A DNA stretch of 46,651 nucleotides from NCBI GenBank assembly GCA_001871015.1, contig MNUO01000108.1:1-46651 (forward strand), written 5' to 3'. Positions 8,294 to 17,526 of the stretch are shown here, one piece after another. The notes beneath the pieces are model-generated. The model saw nothing but the letters and a program-made list of their open reading frames with translations, made no database searches and was not told the origin of the DNA. Numbering within the stretch: the stretch's first letter is position 1; every line of letters begins with the position of its first letter. The translations under genes and the position numbers were made by a program. Source of the DNA: Candidatus Desantisbacteria bacterium CG1_02_38_46 (GTDB taxonomy: Bacteria > Desantisbacteria > UBA1551 > UBA1559).

Positions 8294-9919
8294 ATGCGTT
8301 CAGATACGATTAAAAAAGGTGTTGAGCGGGTGCCGCACAGGGGTTTGTTATATGCAACAGGTTTGTCAAAAGAAGATTTCAGGAAGCCATTTATCGGGAT
8401 AGCTTCAAGTTTTACAGATATTGTTCCCGGGCATACAGGAATGCGGGAACTGGAAAGATTTATTGAGCGTGGTATCTCTGCAGCAGGCGGAGTTCCTTTT
8501 ATCTTTGGCATACCGGCAATCTGCGACGGAATTGCAATGGGGCACAAAGGTATGAATTATTCCCTTCCTTTAAGAGAACTTATCGCTGACACTATTGAAT
8601 CTGTTGCAAATGCACATTGTTTTGACGGACTTGTTTTACTTACAAATTGTGACAAGATTACTCCTGGTTGCCTGATTGCTGCTGCACGTCTGAACATTCC
8701 AGCAATTATTATTACTGCAGGTCCGATGTTGTGCGGAAGATACAAAGGAACTGTAAGGCTTGATTTGGTTCACGATACTTTTGAAGCAGTAGGCAGGGCA
8801 AAGGCAGGCAAGATAACACAGGAGGAACTGGATACTCTTGAAATTGAAGCCTGTCCTGGTTTTGGCTCCTGTCAGGGATTATACACTGCAAATACGATGG
8901 CTTGCCTTACAGAGACTATGGGAATGTCTGTAACAGGTTGTGCTACTGCACTCGCTGTTTCTGCAAAGAAAAGGAGGATTGCATTTGAAAGCGGGAAAAA
9001 GGTTGTGGAATTAATTAAGAAAAAAGTCACTGCGAAAAAAATTCTGACAGAGAATGCTCTACTCAATGCAATTAGAGTTGATATGGCACTTGGAGGTTCT
9101 ACCAACACTATCCTTCATCTCACTCGCTTGGCAAGAGAATTAGAGATTGATTTACCTCTAAAACTTTTTGACATAATAAGTCGTTCTACACCGCACATTG
9201 TAAATCTACGCCCGGGCGGGGAATATTTTCTTGAGGATCTGGAGTATGCAGGTGGAATTCCAGCGATATTAAATGTTTTAAAGAACGACCTTAAATCTTC
9301 GTTGACTGTTAACGGAAAGAATATTCTGGAAATCGCAAAAGAAGGCGAGGTGTTTGATTCAGAAGTAATTCATAAAAAATCCAATCCATACCACAAAGAA
9401 GGCGGAGTTGCAATCCTTTTTGGGAATCTGGCACCCGGTGGAGCGGTTGTAAAACAAATAGCAGTAAGTCCGAAGATGCGCCGGTTTACCGGACGCGCAC
9501 ATATCTTTAATTCAGAAGAAGAAGCGATGAGAGGCGCTATGAACAAGAAAATTAAAAAGGGCGAAGTCATTGTTATCCGCTATGAAGGAGAAAAAGGTGC
9601 ACCAGGAATGCCAGAGATGCTTTCTTTAACTGCGTTTTTAACCGGGATGGGAATGGGAGAAAGTGTAGCATTGATTACAGACGGAAGATTTTCAGGTGGC
9701 ACCCGTGGTCCCTGTATAGGGCACATAGCACCTGAGGCAGCGGTTGGTGGGCCGATTGCAATTGTTAAAGATGGAGATATTATCCACATTGATATTGACA
9801 GGCGCAGGATTGAGTTGAAATTAAGTGATGCTGAAATCAAATTGCGACTTGCTAAATGGAAACCTCCTCTGCCCAGAGTAAAGACAGGCTACCTTGCAAA
9901 ATATGCTAAATTACTTTGA
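8294..9919 (+). CDS. ilvD: Dihydroxy-acid dehydratase
   Basis: [43 protein letters not shown] at 8294 after GGAGGTG. Confidence 0.97.
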   Translation: MRSDTIKKGVERVPHRGLLYATGLSKEDFRKPFIGIASSFTDIVPGHTGMRELERFIERGISAAGGVPFIFGIPAICDGIAMGHKGMNYSLPLRELIADTIESVANAHCFDGLVLLTNCDKITPGCLIAAARLNIPAIIITAGPMLCGRYKGTVRLDLVHDTFEAVGRAKAGKITQEELDTLEIEACPGFGSCQGLYTANTMACLTETMGMSVTGCATALAVSAKKRRIAFESGKKVVELIKKKVTAKKILTENALLNAIRVDMALGGSTNTILHLTRLARELEIDLPLKLFDIISRSTPHIVNLRPGGEYFLEDLEYAGGIPAILNVLKNDLKSSLTVNGKNILEIAKEGEVFDSEVIHKKSNPYHKEGGVAILFGNLAPGGAVVKQIAVSPKMRRFTGRAHIFNSEEEAMRGAMNKKIKKGEVIVIRYEGEKGAPGMPEMLSLTAFLTGMGMGESVALITDGRFSGGTRGPCIGHIAPEAAVGGPIAIVKDGDIIHIDIDRRRIELKLSDAEIKLRLAKWKPPLPRVKTGYLAKYAKLL

Positions 9920-10923
9920 AGACAGATAATTATATGAATAATTCGTTAATAAGAAAATTAAGAAAAGAAGTCAACAGAGAAATTATTACAACTATTAGAA
10001 GTTTTTGTGAAATTCCAATTGCCTCCCAGATGTTGGGCTACCAGATGGGTTTGCTGAAAAACGAAAGTAAAGAAACACAGGGCAAGCGTTTTCGCCCGAT
10101 TTTGTGCTTACTTTCAAGCCTTGCAATAAACGGTGATTACAAAATGGCATTACCAGCTGCTGCAGCGATTGAGTTAATTCATAATTTTTCCCTGATTCAC
10201 GATGATATTCAGGACGAGGATGAATGCAGACGCGGCAGGAAGACGGTCTGGAGGAAATGGGGTAATAATCAGGCAATTAACGCAGGGGATGCAATGCATA
10301 CTCTTGCGAATATCGCATTGCAGAGATTATTTAAAATGAATTTGTCCCCGAAAGTCATTGATTCTGTTTTTTTCATAATTAATAATGCCTGTTATCAAAT
10401 GTGCGAGGGGCAAATGCTGGATATAGGTTTTGAAAAAAAGTGGAACGTTAGACTTCCTCAGTATTTACAAATGATTCGCAAGAAAACCGCCACCCTCATC
10501 CAGAGTGCTCCATATTGTGGTGCATTAATTGCCACGCAGAATCGAAGCGTGATTAGACATTACAAAAATTTTGGAGCTAATGTTGGAATGGCATTTCAAA
10601 TTTTCAATGACCTTTCAGGATGTGACGGTTCGGCTGCGCAGTTCAATCATTTTTACAGTGATTTGATAAAGAAGAAAAAGACTCTGCCAGTAATTCTTGC
10701 TTTCAAAAGTTTGGAATCGGCACAGAAGAGAAAGATAAAAGAAAGAGAAATGCTCAGCCTGTTTAAAGAATCCGATGCCATTCAGCATTCTCGAAGAATT
10801 GGCGAGAACTATTTAGAGAATGCACTTCTTGAACTGAATAAAACAGGTATCAAGAATCCATCGCAGGAATTATTAAAAGAATATATAAAAAAGGGGACAG
10901 GCTACTTTTCCCAAGGAATCTGA
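9916..10923 (+). CDS. Trans-isoprenyl diphosphate synthase family protein (second Asp-rich motif degenerate)
   Basis: [30 protein letters not shown]; second motif reads FQIFNDLSG. Confidence 0.85.
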   Translation: MKTDNYMNNSLIRKLRKEVNREIITTIRSFCEIPIASQMLGYQMGLLKNESKETQGKRFRPILCLLSSLAINGDYKMALPAAAAIELIHNFSLIHDDIQDEDECRRGRKTVWRKWGNNQAINAGDAMHTLANIALQRLFKMNLSPKVIDSVFFIINNACYQMCEGQMLDIGFEKKWNVRLPQYLQMIRKKTATLIQSAPYCGALIATQNRSVIRHYKNFGANVGMAFQIFNDLSGCDGSAAQFNHFYSDLIKKKKTLPVILAFKSLESAQKRKIKEREMLSLFKESDAIQHSRRIGENYLENALLELNKTGIKNPSQELLKEYIKKGTGYFSQGI

Positions 10924-10955
10924 AATGTGTAGGTCTGACTACGTGCGGGGGTTTG

Positions 10956-11969
10956 ATGCGCATTGTTTTTATGGGAACACCTGAATTTGCTTTGCCGTCA
11001 TTAAATAAGTTGATTCAGACGCATAACATTTTGTGCGTGGTGACACAAACAGATAAACCAAAAGGCAGGGGAATGAAATTAACTCCTCCACCAATCAAAT
11101 TTCTTGCCCAGCAATTGAATATTCCTGTGGTTCAGCCAGGGAAAATTGGAGAAATTTCAGGATATTTAAAATCACTTTCTCCAGATGTAATTGTTGTGGT
11201 TGCTTATGGAGAAATTTTGTCAGAGGAAATTCTGAAAATTCCCAGATTTGGGTGTATTAACCTTCACGCTTCTCTTCTTCCAGAATTGCGGGGTCCAGAA
11301 CCCATTGCCTGGAGCGTTATTCTTGGCAAAGAAAAAACAGGGTTAACCACAATGTGGATGGATAAGGGAGTGGATACGGGTGACATAATTCTACAGAAGG
11401 AAATTGAAATTTTACCAGATGATACAAAAGGAAGTCTTGAGCAAAAAATGTCACTTACCGGCGCTGATTTTTTATGTGAGACACTAAAGATGGTTGAAAG
11501 CAGCAATGCCCCACGAAAAAAACAAGTCCGATGTCCCCCGATGGACATCGGGGGAATACGGACTCCGAACGCAAGCATCGGAGAGGGGAATCCAATTTAC
11601 GCTCCAATGATAAAAAAGTCAGATTGTCTGATTGACTGGTCAAAACCTGCATGGGAGATTCATAATCTCATCCGGGGATTAAATCCAGCGCCATCTGCAT
11701 ACACTTTCTTAGAAGGTAAACGTTTGAAAATTCACAGAACAGCCGTCAATGTAGGGCAAGAATGTAGCGGTGCAATGACTCCGAAAGGACGGAGTATACG
11801 GACTGTAGAGCAAGGCGAGATTATTGAAATCAAAGAAGATGAAATTCTCGTTGCTACTGGCGAAGGCATACTCTCTCTTCTTGAGATTCAACCTGAGGGC
11901 AAACGTGCAATGTCAGTGAAGGACTATTTACAAGGGCATTCTTTAAAAGAAAGAATGAAATTTGGATGA
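10956..11969 (+). CDS. fmt: Methionyl-tRNA formyltransferase with in-frame palindromic insertions
   Basis: MRIVFMGTPEFA, INLHASLLP, MDKGVDTGDI, IRGLNPAP, QPEGKRAM. Confidence 0.96.
   Translation: MRIVFMGTPEFALPSLNKLIQTHNILCVVTQTDKPKGRGMKLTPPPIKFLAQQLNIPVVQPGKIGEISGYLKSLSPDVIVVVAYGEILSEEILKIPRFGCINLHASLLPELRGPEPIAWSVILGKEKTGLTTMWMDKGVDTGDIILQKEIEILPDDTKGSLEQKMSLTGADFLCETLKMVESSNAPRKKQVRCPPMDIGGIRTPNASIGEGNPIYAPMIKKSDCLIDWSKPAWEIHNLIRGLNPAPSAYTFLEGKRLKIHRTAVNVGQECSGAMTPKGRSIRTVEQGEIIEIKEDEILVATGEGILSLLEIQPEGKRAMSVKDYLQGHSLKERMKFG
11526..11588. repeat. ccgatg-N-catcgg palindromes (family C) in frame inside fmt
   Basis: tcccccgatggacatcggggga inside a gtccg..cggac stem, then ctccgaacgcaagcatcggag; related palindromes at about 37563 and 42151. 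Confidence 0.8.
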
Positions 11970-11990
11970 AGACAGCGGAATAATAAATAA

Positions 11991-13241
11991 ATGAACCTAA
12001 AAAGCATGCTGATTTTTTTTGATTTTAAATTCAGAAAATACAAAAAGATAAAATATCTTGGAATGCCACTGATGACTGAAGTCGGTAAAGCTATTCCTAA
12101 AGAATTATTTCTTAAATCAGCAGAAGATTTGAGGATGGTAAGTAAGGATAATAAAATAATTACGGAAAATAAAGATGAAATTAGTTTTATCCTGGACAGG
12201 GCAATTCATGACGTTCCCTGGCCCGAACAGCGATGGATTGAATACATCTGCGAACACAAAATCCAGGACTATACGCAAGAGCAACAGTTTTTTCTTAAAG
12301 CACATTTACAACCTTTTATCTCACTGTATGAAGCCCTGAAAATAGATTATAGGAGGGGTGTCTATCTGCGTGATTTGTTTAATGGCAAGGAGTTATTTTT
12401 AATGGATATAGGTTTCGGGACAACGGCAAAGAAGGGTATGTTGTTAGCAACGAGGGTTATCACTTTTGAAGGGTTAAATTTCACTGCAGGTGCTCCCATA
12501 CTCTTTAGACAAGAAGATAAGAAACAATTGGTAGAAAATTTCACTTTCCTGTACGAGAAAAAGAAAAATGAAATGACATGGGAAAAAATGATGCGAAAAT
12601 ACGCTCCCTATTTTTTTATTGAATACAGAAAAAGAGACTATACTGTCTATTTTGCAAACGTGACAGAGGATTCGATAACTCCTTTCTCTCTTCTAACAGC
12701 CGCATGGGATTACGCAAGAAAGAAAAATCTTATTAAGCACTCAGATGACTTTCCTGTGGAGCAGTGTTTAATCAATTCAAATTGGCAGAAAACAGGATTA
12801 GCCAGCATGGTTATCACCAGAAGCCAAAAAGATGGCAAACTGATTGTAGGTGTTTTTTTAGTGGATATTTTCTGTTTAGGGCTGAAGGATACATTTTTCA
12901 ATGCTAACATACCAGCTGATCAGTTTGAAGATATTTTTTTGCGTAAATATTATCAGAACACAGAACCAGTAACAATTGGCATTAACTATGCTAAAGAAAT
13001 TATATTTGGAGCGATAGATTATGCCAGAAAATTAGGATTTGAACCTCAAAAAAATTTCAAATTATCAAAATATGTTTTGGGAACAGAAAAACTGACATAT
13101 CAGCATAACATTAAATTTGGAGGGCCTGAGGGGAAACCATTATATATTGCAGGGCCTTACGATGATTACAAAAAAATTGTTCGTCAGCTTACAGAACTTT
13201 TGGGAGAAGGCGGATTCCATTTTATCCTACCTTCAGAATAA
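11991..13241 (+). CDS. Hypothetical protein, probably two domains
   Basis: 416-aa AT-rich ORF; no motif recognised with confidence. Confidence 0.75.
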   Translation: MNLKSMLIFFDFKFRKYKKIKYLGMPLMTEVGKAIPKELFLKSAEDLRMVSKDNKIITENKDEISFILDRAIHDVPWPEQRWIEYICEHKIQDYTQEQQFFLKAHLQPFISLYEALKIDYRRGVYLRDLFNGKELFLMDIGFGTTAKKGMLLATRVITFEGLNFTAGAPILFRQEDKKQLVENFTFLYEKKKNEMTWEKMMRKYAPYFFIEYRKRDYTVYFANVTEDSITPFSLLTAAWDYARKKNLIKHSDDFPVEQCLINSNWQKTGLASMVITRSQKDGKLIVGVFLVDIFCLGLKDTFFNANIPADQFEDIFLRKYYQNTEPVTIGINYAKEIIFGAIDYARKLGFEPQKNFKLSKYVLGTEKLTYQHNIKFGGPEGKPLYIAGPYDDYKKIVRQLTELLGEGGFHFILPSE

Positions 13242-13331
13242 TCATATGTATCATCTTTTACTTCTAACGTGAAAGCATTAAGTAAATGTTAAATATTTAA
13301 CGTTTGTATTAAATACAAGGAGGTATAAAAA

Positions 13332-13808
13332 ATGTTTACTGGACAAAAAACAAGAATTTTTAAAAAAATGGTCGCTGTTACTATTTTTGGACTGGTGTGC
13401 TCAAACCTGATATTTGCGCAAGCAGTGCAGACAATTTATTCTAGCGGTACGGTATATCTTCCTGATGTATGTCCACAGAGTTGCATTGCAGTGCTAACTG
13501 TAAATGTTGTCTGGAAGGATTTCCCTGCCTCTCAGGGTGGCACTGGACGCAAAATAGTTGAGGAAGCAACCTTCACAGGAAAAGAAGGGGAGAGGGAAAT
13601 TAAATTTACAGGTGTCAGGATTACTCCATCTTTTTTCCGGGGAGAGATTTCACTGAATGTGCAGTGTGAAATTAAAAAAGGCGATATGGTGGTGGCAAGA
13701 TTTAAGATGGATGGAGAAGATGCAAACAGCCCGAAGCCGATGAGTTATAATGAGGCGGTTGCCGGTAATCTGCTGAATCTGAAATTGAAAATGAAAGCAG
13801 CAGAGTAA
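13332..13808 (+). CDS. Hypothetical exported protein
   Basis: AAGGAGG RBS; signal-peptide-like N-terminus ending IFA; stop codon lies within a family-B REP. Confidence 0.75.
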   Translation: MFTGQKTRIFKKMVAVTIFGLVCSNLIFAQAVQTIYSSGTVYLPDVCPQSCIAVLTVNVVWKDFPASQGGTGRKIVEEATFTGKEGEREIKFTGVRITPSFFRGEISLNVQCEIKKGDMVVARFKMDGEDANSPKPMSYNEAVAGNLLNLKLKMKAAE

Positions 13809-13855
13809 ACTCTGCCACTACATAATGAGCAGCAGAGTAAACTCTGCCACTACAT
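13796..13855 (-). repeat. Two family-B REPs, intergenic/overlapping a stop codon
   Basis: agcagcagagtaaactctgccactacat x2 (reverse complement gtagtggcagagtttactctgc). Confidence 0.9.
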
Positions 13856-13864
13856 TCCTCAATC

Positions 13865-13892
13865 TTGACTTTTTGCATTTTTATGATATACT
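13865..13892 (+). promoter_or_regulatory. Sigma70-type promoter of ilvBN
   Basis: TTGACT-N16-TATACT with TG extension. Confidence 0.65.
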
Positions 13893-13931
13893 GATTAGAT
13901 AATAATTACAAATTCATGATAGGAGTTCAAG

Positions 13932-15602
13932 ATGAAGAAGACAGGTGCTCAGATACTTATTGAAAGTTTAATTAAAGAAGGTGTGGAAATTATATTTGGA
14001 TACCCGGGTGGGGCTACGCTTTCTATATATGATGCGCTTTATGACGCACCGATAAAACATATCCTTGTGCGTCATGAACAGGGAGCAGCACATATGGCTG
14101 ATGGTTATGCCAGAGCTACAGGTAAAGTGGGTGTATGTATGGCTACTTCAGGACCCGGTGCGACAAATCTTGTTACCGGCATTGCTACTGCTTACATGGA
14201 TTCTGTTCCAATTATTGCCATTACCGGACAGGTTCCAACTCCGATGATTGGAAATGACGCTTTTCAGGAAGCAGATATAACAGGCATTACCCGTCCGATT
14301 ACCAAACACAATTATTTAGTGAAAGATGTTAAGGATTTAGCATATGTTGTAAAAGAAGCATTCTACATTGCTTTTTCAGGAAGGCCGGGTCCGGTGTTGA
14401 TTGATATTCCAAAGGATGTACAGGCAGCGTCTACTGAATATCACTATCCAGATAAAATCAGCCTGCGTAGTTACAACCCTACATACTACGGCCATCCTGG
14501 ACAAATCAAAAAGTTAGTTGAAGTAATCCAGAAATCAGAGCGTCCTGTCATTTATGCTGGGGGAGGAGTAATAATTGCAAATGCCAGTGAAGAATTAAAG
14601 AAATTCGCAGAGACTACTGGTATTCCGGTGACAACTACTCTCCTGGGGTTGGGTGGTTTTCCTGAAACTTCTAATTTATCCCTTGGGATGCTGGGTATGC
14701 ATGGAACAAGGTATGCAAATTATGCGGTTACGGAATCTGATTTGCTTATTGGTATAGGTGCGCGATTTGATGACCGTGTCACCGGCAAATTGAGTGATTT
14801 TGCACCAAAAGCAACAATTGTTCACATTGACATAGACCCCACGAGTATCAGCAAGAGCGTTGAGGTTGACATTCCTATTGTAGGAGATGTGAAGAATGTG
14901 CTTGTGGAGTTGAATAAATTAGTAAAGAAAAAAGATAATCTTAAACCCTGGCTGGACAAAATTGAAAAGTGGAAAAAAGAGTACCCGTTAGGTTATAAGC
15001 AGGGCAAGGAGATTAAACCTCAATTCGTAGTCCAAGAAATCAGTCGGATTACAAAGGGAAATGCAATCATCGCTACAGAGGTGGGCCAGAATCAGATGTG
15101 GTCAGCACAATTCTACAAGTTTGCTAAACCCCGCACCTTTCTTTCTTCGGGTGGATTAGGTACTATGGGTTATGGTTTTCCTGCTAGCATTGGAGCAAAG
15201 GTTGGCTGCCCTGACAAAATAGTATTTGATATTGCTGGAGATGGTAGTTTTCAGATGAATCTTCAGCAATTAGCAACTGCTGTACAATTTAAAATAGCGG
15301 TGAAAGTGGCAATTTTGAATAATGGTTTTTTAGGGATGGTGCGTCAATGGCAGGAATTGTTCTTCAACAAGCGGTATTCGCAAACCCCCATTGAAAACCC
15401 TGATTTTGTAAAAATTGCCCAGGCATATGGTGCAATGGGAATTAGAGTGACAAAACCAGAGGACGTGGGTCCTGCAATTTCTAAAGCAATTGAATCTCCC
15501 CTTCCTGTAGTTATTGACTTTCATGTGGCGCCAGAGGAGAATGTATTTCCGATGGTGCCAGTTGGTTCACCAATTTCAGAGATGATTGGAGGTCTTGCAT
15601 GA
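13932..15602 (+). CDS. ilvB: Acetolactate synthase large subunit
   Basis: [36 protein letters not shown]. Confidence 0.97.
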   Translation: MKKTGAQILIESLIKEGVEIIFGYPGGATLSIYDALYDAPIKHILVRHEQGAAHMADGYARATGKVGVCMATSGPGATNLVTGIATAYMDSVPIIAITGQVPTPMIGNDAFQEADITGITRPITKHNYLVKDVKDLAYVVKEAFYIAFSGRPGPVLIDIPKDVQAASTEYHYPDKISLRSYNPTYYGHPGQIKKLVEVIQKSERPVIYAGGGVIIANASEELKKFAETTGIPVTTTLLGLGGFPETSNLSLGMLGMHGTRYANYAVTESDLLIGIGARFDDRVTGKLSDFAPKATIVHIDIDPTSISKSVEVDIPIVGDVKNVLVELNKLVKKKDNLKPWLDKIEKWKKEYPLGYKQGKEIKPQFVVQEISRITKGNAIIATEVGQNQMWSAQFYKFAKPRTFLSSGGLGTMGYGFPASIGAKVGCPDKIVFDIAGDGSFQMNLQQLATAVQFKIAVKVAILNNGFLGMVRQWQELFFNKRYSQTPIENPDFVKIAQAYGAMGIRVTKPEDVGPAISKAIESPLPVVIDFHVAPEENVFPMVPVGSPISEMIGGLA

Positions 15603-16075
15603 AACATACAATTTGTTGTCTTGTTGAAAATAAATTCGGGGTGCTTGCTCGCATTGCAGGATTGTTCAGTTCCCGTGGGTTCAACATTAATAGTCTTGCG
15701 GTTGGCGAAACTGAAGATGCCATGGTTTCCAGGATGACCATTGTGCTGGATGCCGACGAAAGAATACTTGAACAGGTTATTAAGCAGCTTCGTAAGCTCA
15801 TCGATGTTATTAAGGTGATTGACCTGACCGGTCAGGATTCAGTTGAAAGAGAGCTTATGCTAATAAAGGTTAACACTTCTGATACGGTTGCAAAGTCTGA
15901 GGCAATGCAGATTGTTGACATATTTCGCGCAAAGATTGTAGATGTGGGCGCAAAATCTCTGGTTGTGGAAATTACAGGAGATGAAAAGAAAGTTGAGACA
16001 CTATTAGAATTACTTCGTCCTTTTGGTATAAAAGAATTGGCTCGCACAGGAAAGATTGCTATGCTACGCAAGTAG
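15599..16075 (+). CDS. ilvN: Acetolactate synthase small (regulatory) subunit
   Basis: [30 protein letters not shown] domain; ELARTG. Confidence 0.96.
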   Translation: MKHTICCLVENKFGVLARIAGLFSSRGFNINSLAVGETEDAMVSRMTIVLDADERILEQVIKQLRKLIDVIKVIDLTGQDSVERELMLIKVNTSDTVAKSEAMQIVDIFRAKIVDVGAKSLVVEITGDEKKVETLLELLRPFGIKELARTGKIAMLRK

Positions 16076-16129
16076 GAAAAAGGGACGCTTCTAATCGTCC
16101 ACTTTTATGAGTTCAAGGAGGAATAACAG

Positions 16130-16891
16130 ATGAATGAAGATATGGCTGGCGAGGTTACAGGTAGGTTGGCAGAATATGGACAGAGGATTATCAGCACATT
16201 AGTTATAATACTGGTTGGAATTCTGGCGGCGAGGTTTCTCACAATGTTTATTGATAACATATTAAAGAGAACCAAGATGCCTGCTACGACCAGGGGTTTT
16301 GTGAACACTTTAATCTATATAGCCATTATAGTTATGACTGTGATTATGGCGCTTACTCCTTTTGAAATTGATATTGGCCCACTTGTGGTAGGCCTTGCTA
16401 TAATAGGTTTTATTGTCGGACTTGCCATTCAGGGAGCACTTTCTAATTTTGCAGCTGGAATTATGATTCTTGCGCAGAGACCATTCCATGTTGGAGATTT
16501 TGTAGATGTTGCTGGTGAAATAGGCGAGGTTAAAGAAATTACAATGACTTCAACTGTAATTGATACACCAGAAAATGTTAAGGTTGTTTTTCCCAATGCA
16601 AAAGTCCTTGCAGGCGAGATAAAAAATTACAGTGCTCACAAAATTCGCAGGATAATCATCCCGATAGAAGTGGATAGAAGTGTAAAAATTGACGATTTAA
16701 TTGAAAGTATAAATGCTATTTTATCCACACAGGAGAAAATTCTTAAGGACCCTCCACCCTCAGTGAAGATTTGTGGCATCTCCAGTTCAAAGGTTAACTT
16801 AAATATAAAAGTATGGTGTGATGCTGATGAAGTTGAGGAAGTCTCCCACTGTATTCTTTATAAAATCAAGAAAGAACAGGAGAAAATCTAA
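16130..16891 (+). CDS. mscS: Small-conductance mechanosensitive channel
   Basis: GLAIQGALSNFAAGIMIL, RPFHVGDFV, PNAKV. Confidence 0.9.
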   Translation: MNEDMAGEVTGRLAEYGQRIISTLVIILVGILAARFLTMFIDNILKRTKMPATTRGFVNTLIYIAIIVMTVIMALTPFEIDIGPLVVGLAIIGFIVGLAIQGALSNFAAGIMILAQRPFHVGDFVDVAGEIGEVKEITMTSTVIDTPENVKVVFPNAKVLAGEIKNYSAHKIRRIIIPIEVDRSVKIDDLIESINAILSTQEKILKDPPPSVKICGISSSKVNLNIKVWCDADEVEEVSHCILYKIKKEQEKI

Positions 16892-17508
16892 TGAAGATTC
16901 GTGAAATCTCGTGGTTTTATATTTTGATTGTTGTTTTTTTATGTTTTATTGCTGGATGTGCTCCGAGGATGGCAGTTAAACCGGGCTATGACTTTTCTAA
17001 AATTAAACGCATTGCAGTTTTGAATTTTGATGGAGAGAGGGGCAGTGCTGTTGCTGATATATTTATTCTTGAATTAATGAAGAAGGGTTTTGATGTGATG
17101 GAGCGTAAGAAACTAGAAAGTATACTGAAGGAGCAGGACCTCGGTGTTTCGGGTCGAGTTGAGCCCTCTACTGCTAAAGCCATAGGCAGAATATTTGGTG
17201 TTGATGCAATTTTGACAGGTTCTGTTATTCAATATTTGCCAGCACAGAAGAGAACAGTATTATTTTCTTTGGGAGATACAGTTGTTATTATACCGGGTTT
17301 ATATGTGGTGGAAAGAGGCGACAATTATATAATTTATCTGACAGATGCAGAAATTGGAATTAGTGCCAGGATGATAGATGTAGAGACCGGCAGTATCGTC
17401 TGGGTTGCATCTGAATCCTACAGGGGTTTTTCAACTGACAGCACTTTCCAGGGAGTAATACTCTCACTGGTGGATTCCCTCAGGAGTGTCTTTCCGAAGA
17501 AGAAATAG
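16891..17508 (+). CDS. CsgG/HfaB-like lipoprotein
   Basis: Lipobox FIAG-C; IAVLNF, VMERKKLESILKEQ, IGRIFGVDAILTGSV, RMIDVETGSIVW. Confidence 0.8.
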   Translation: MKIREISWFYILIVVFLCFIAGCAPRMAVKPGYDFSKIKRIAVLNFDGERGSAVADIFILELMKKGFDVMERKKLESILKEQDLGVSGRVEPSTAKAIGRIFGVDAILTGSVIQYLPAQKRTVLFSLGDTVVIIPGLYVVERGDNYIIYLTDAEIGISARMIDVETGSIVWVASESYRGFSTDSTFQGVILSLVDSLRSVFPKKK

Positions 17509-17526
17509 AGAAGAAAGGAGTTTTAG

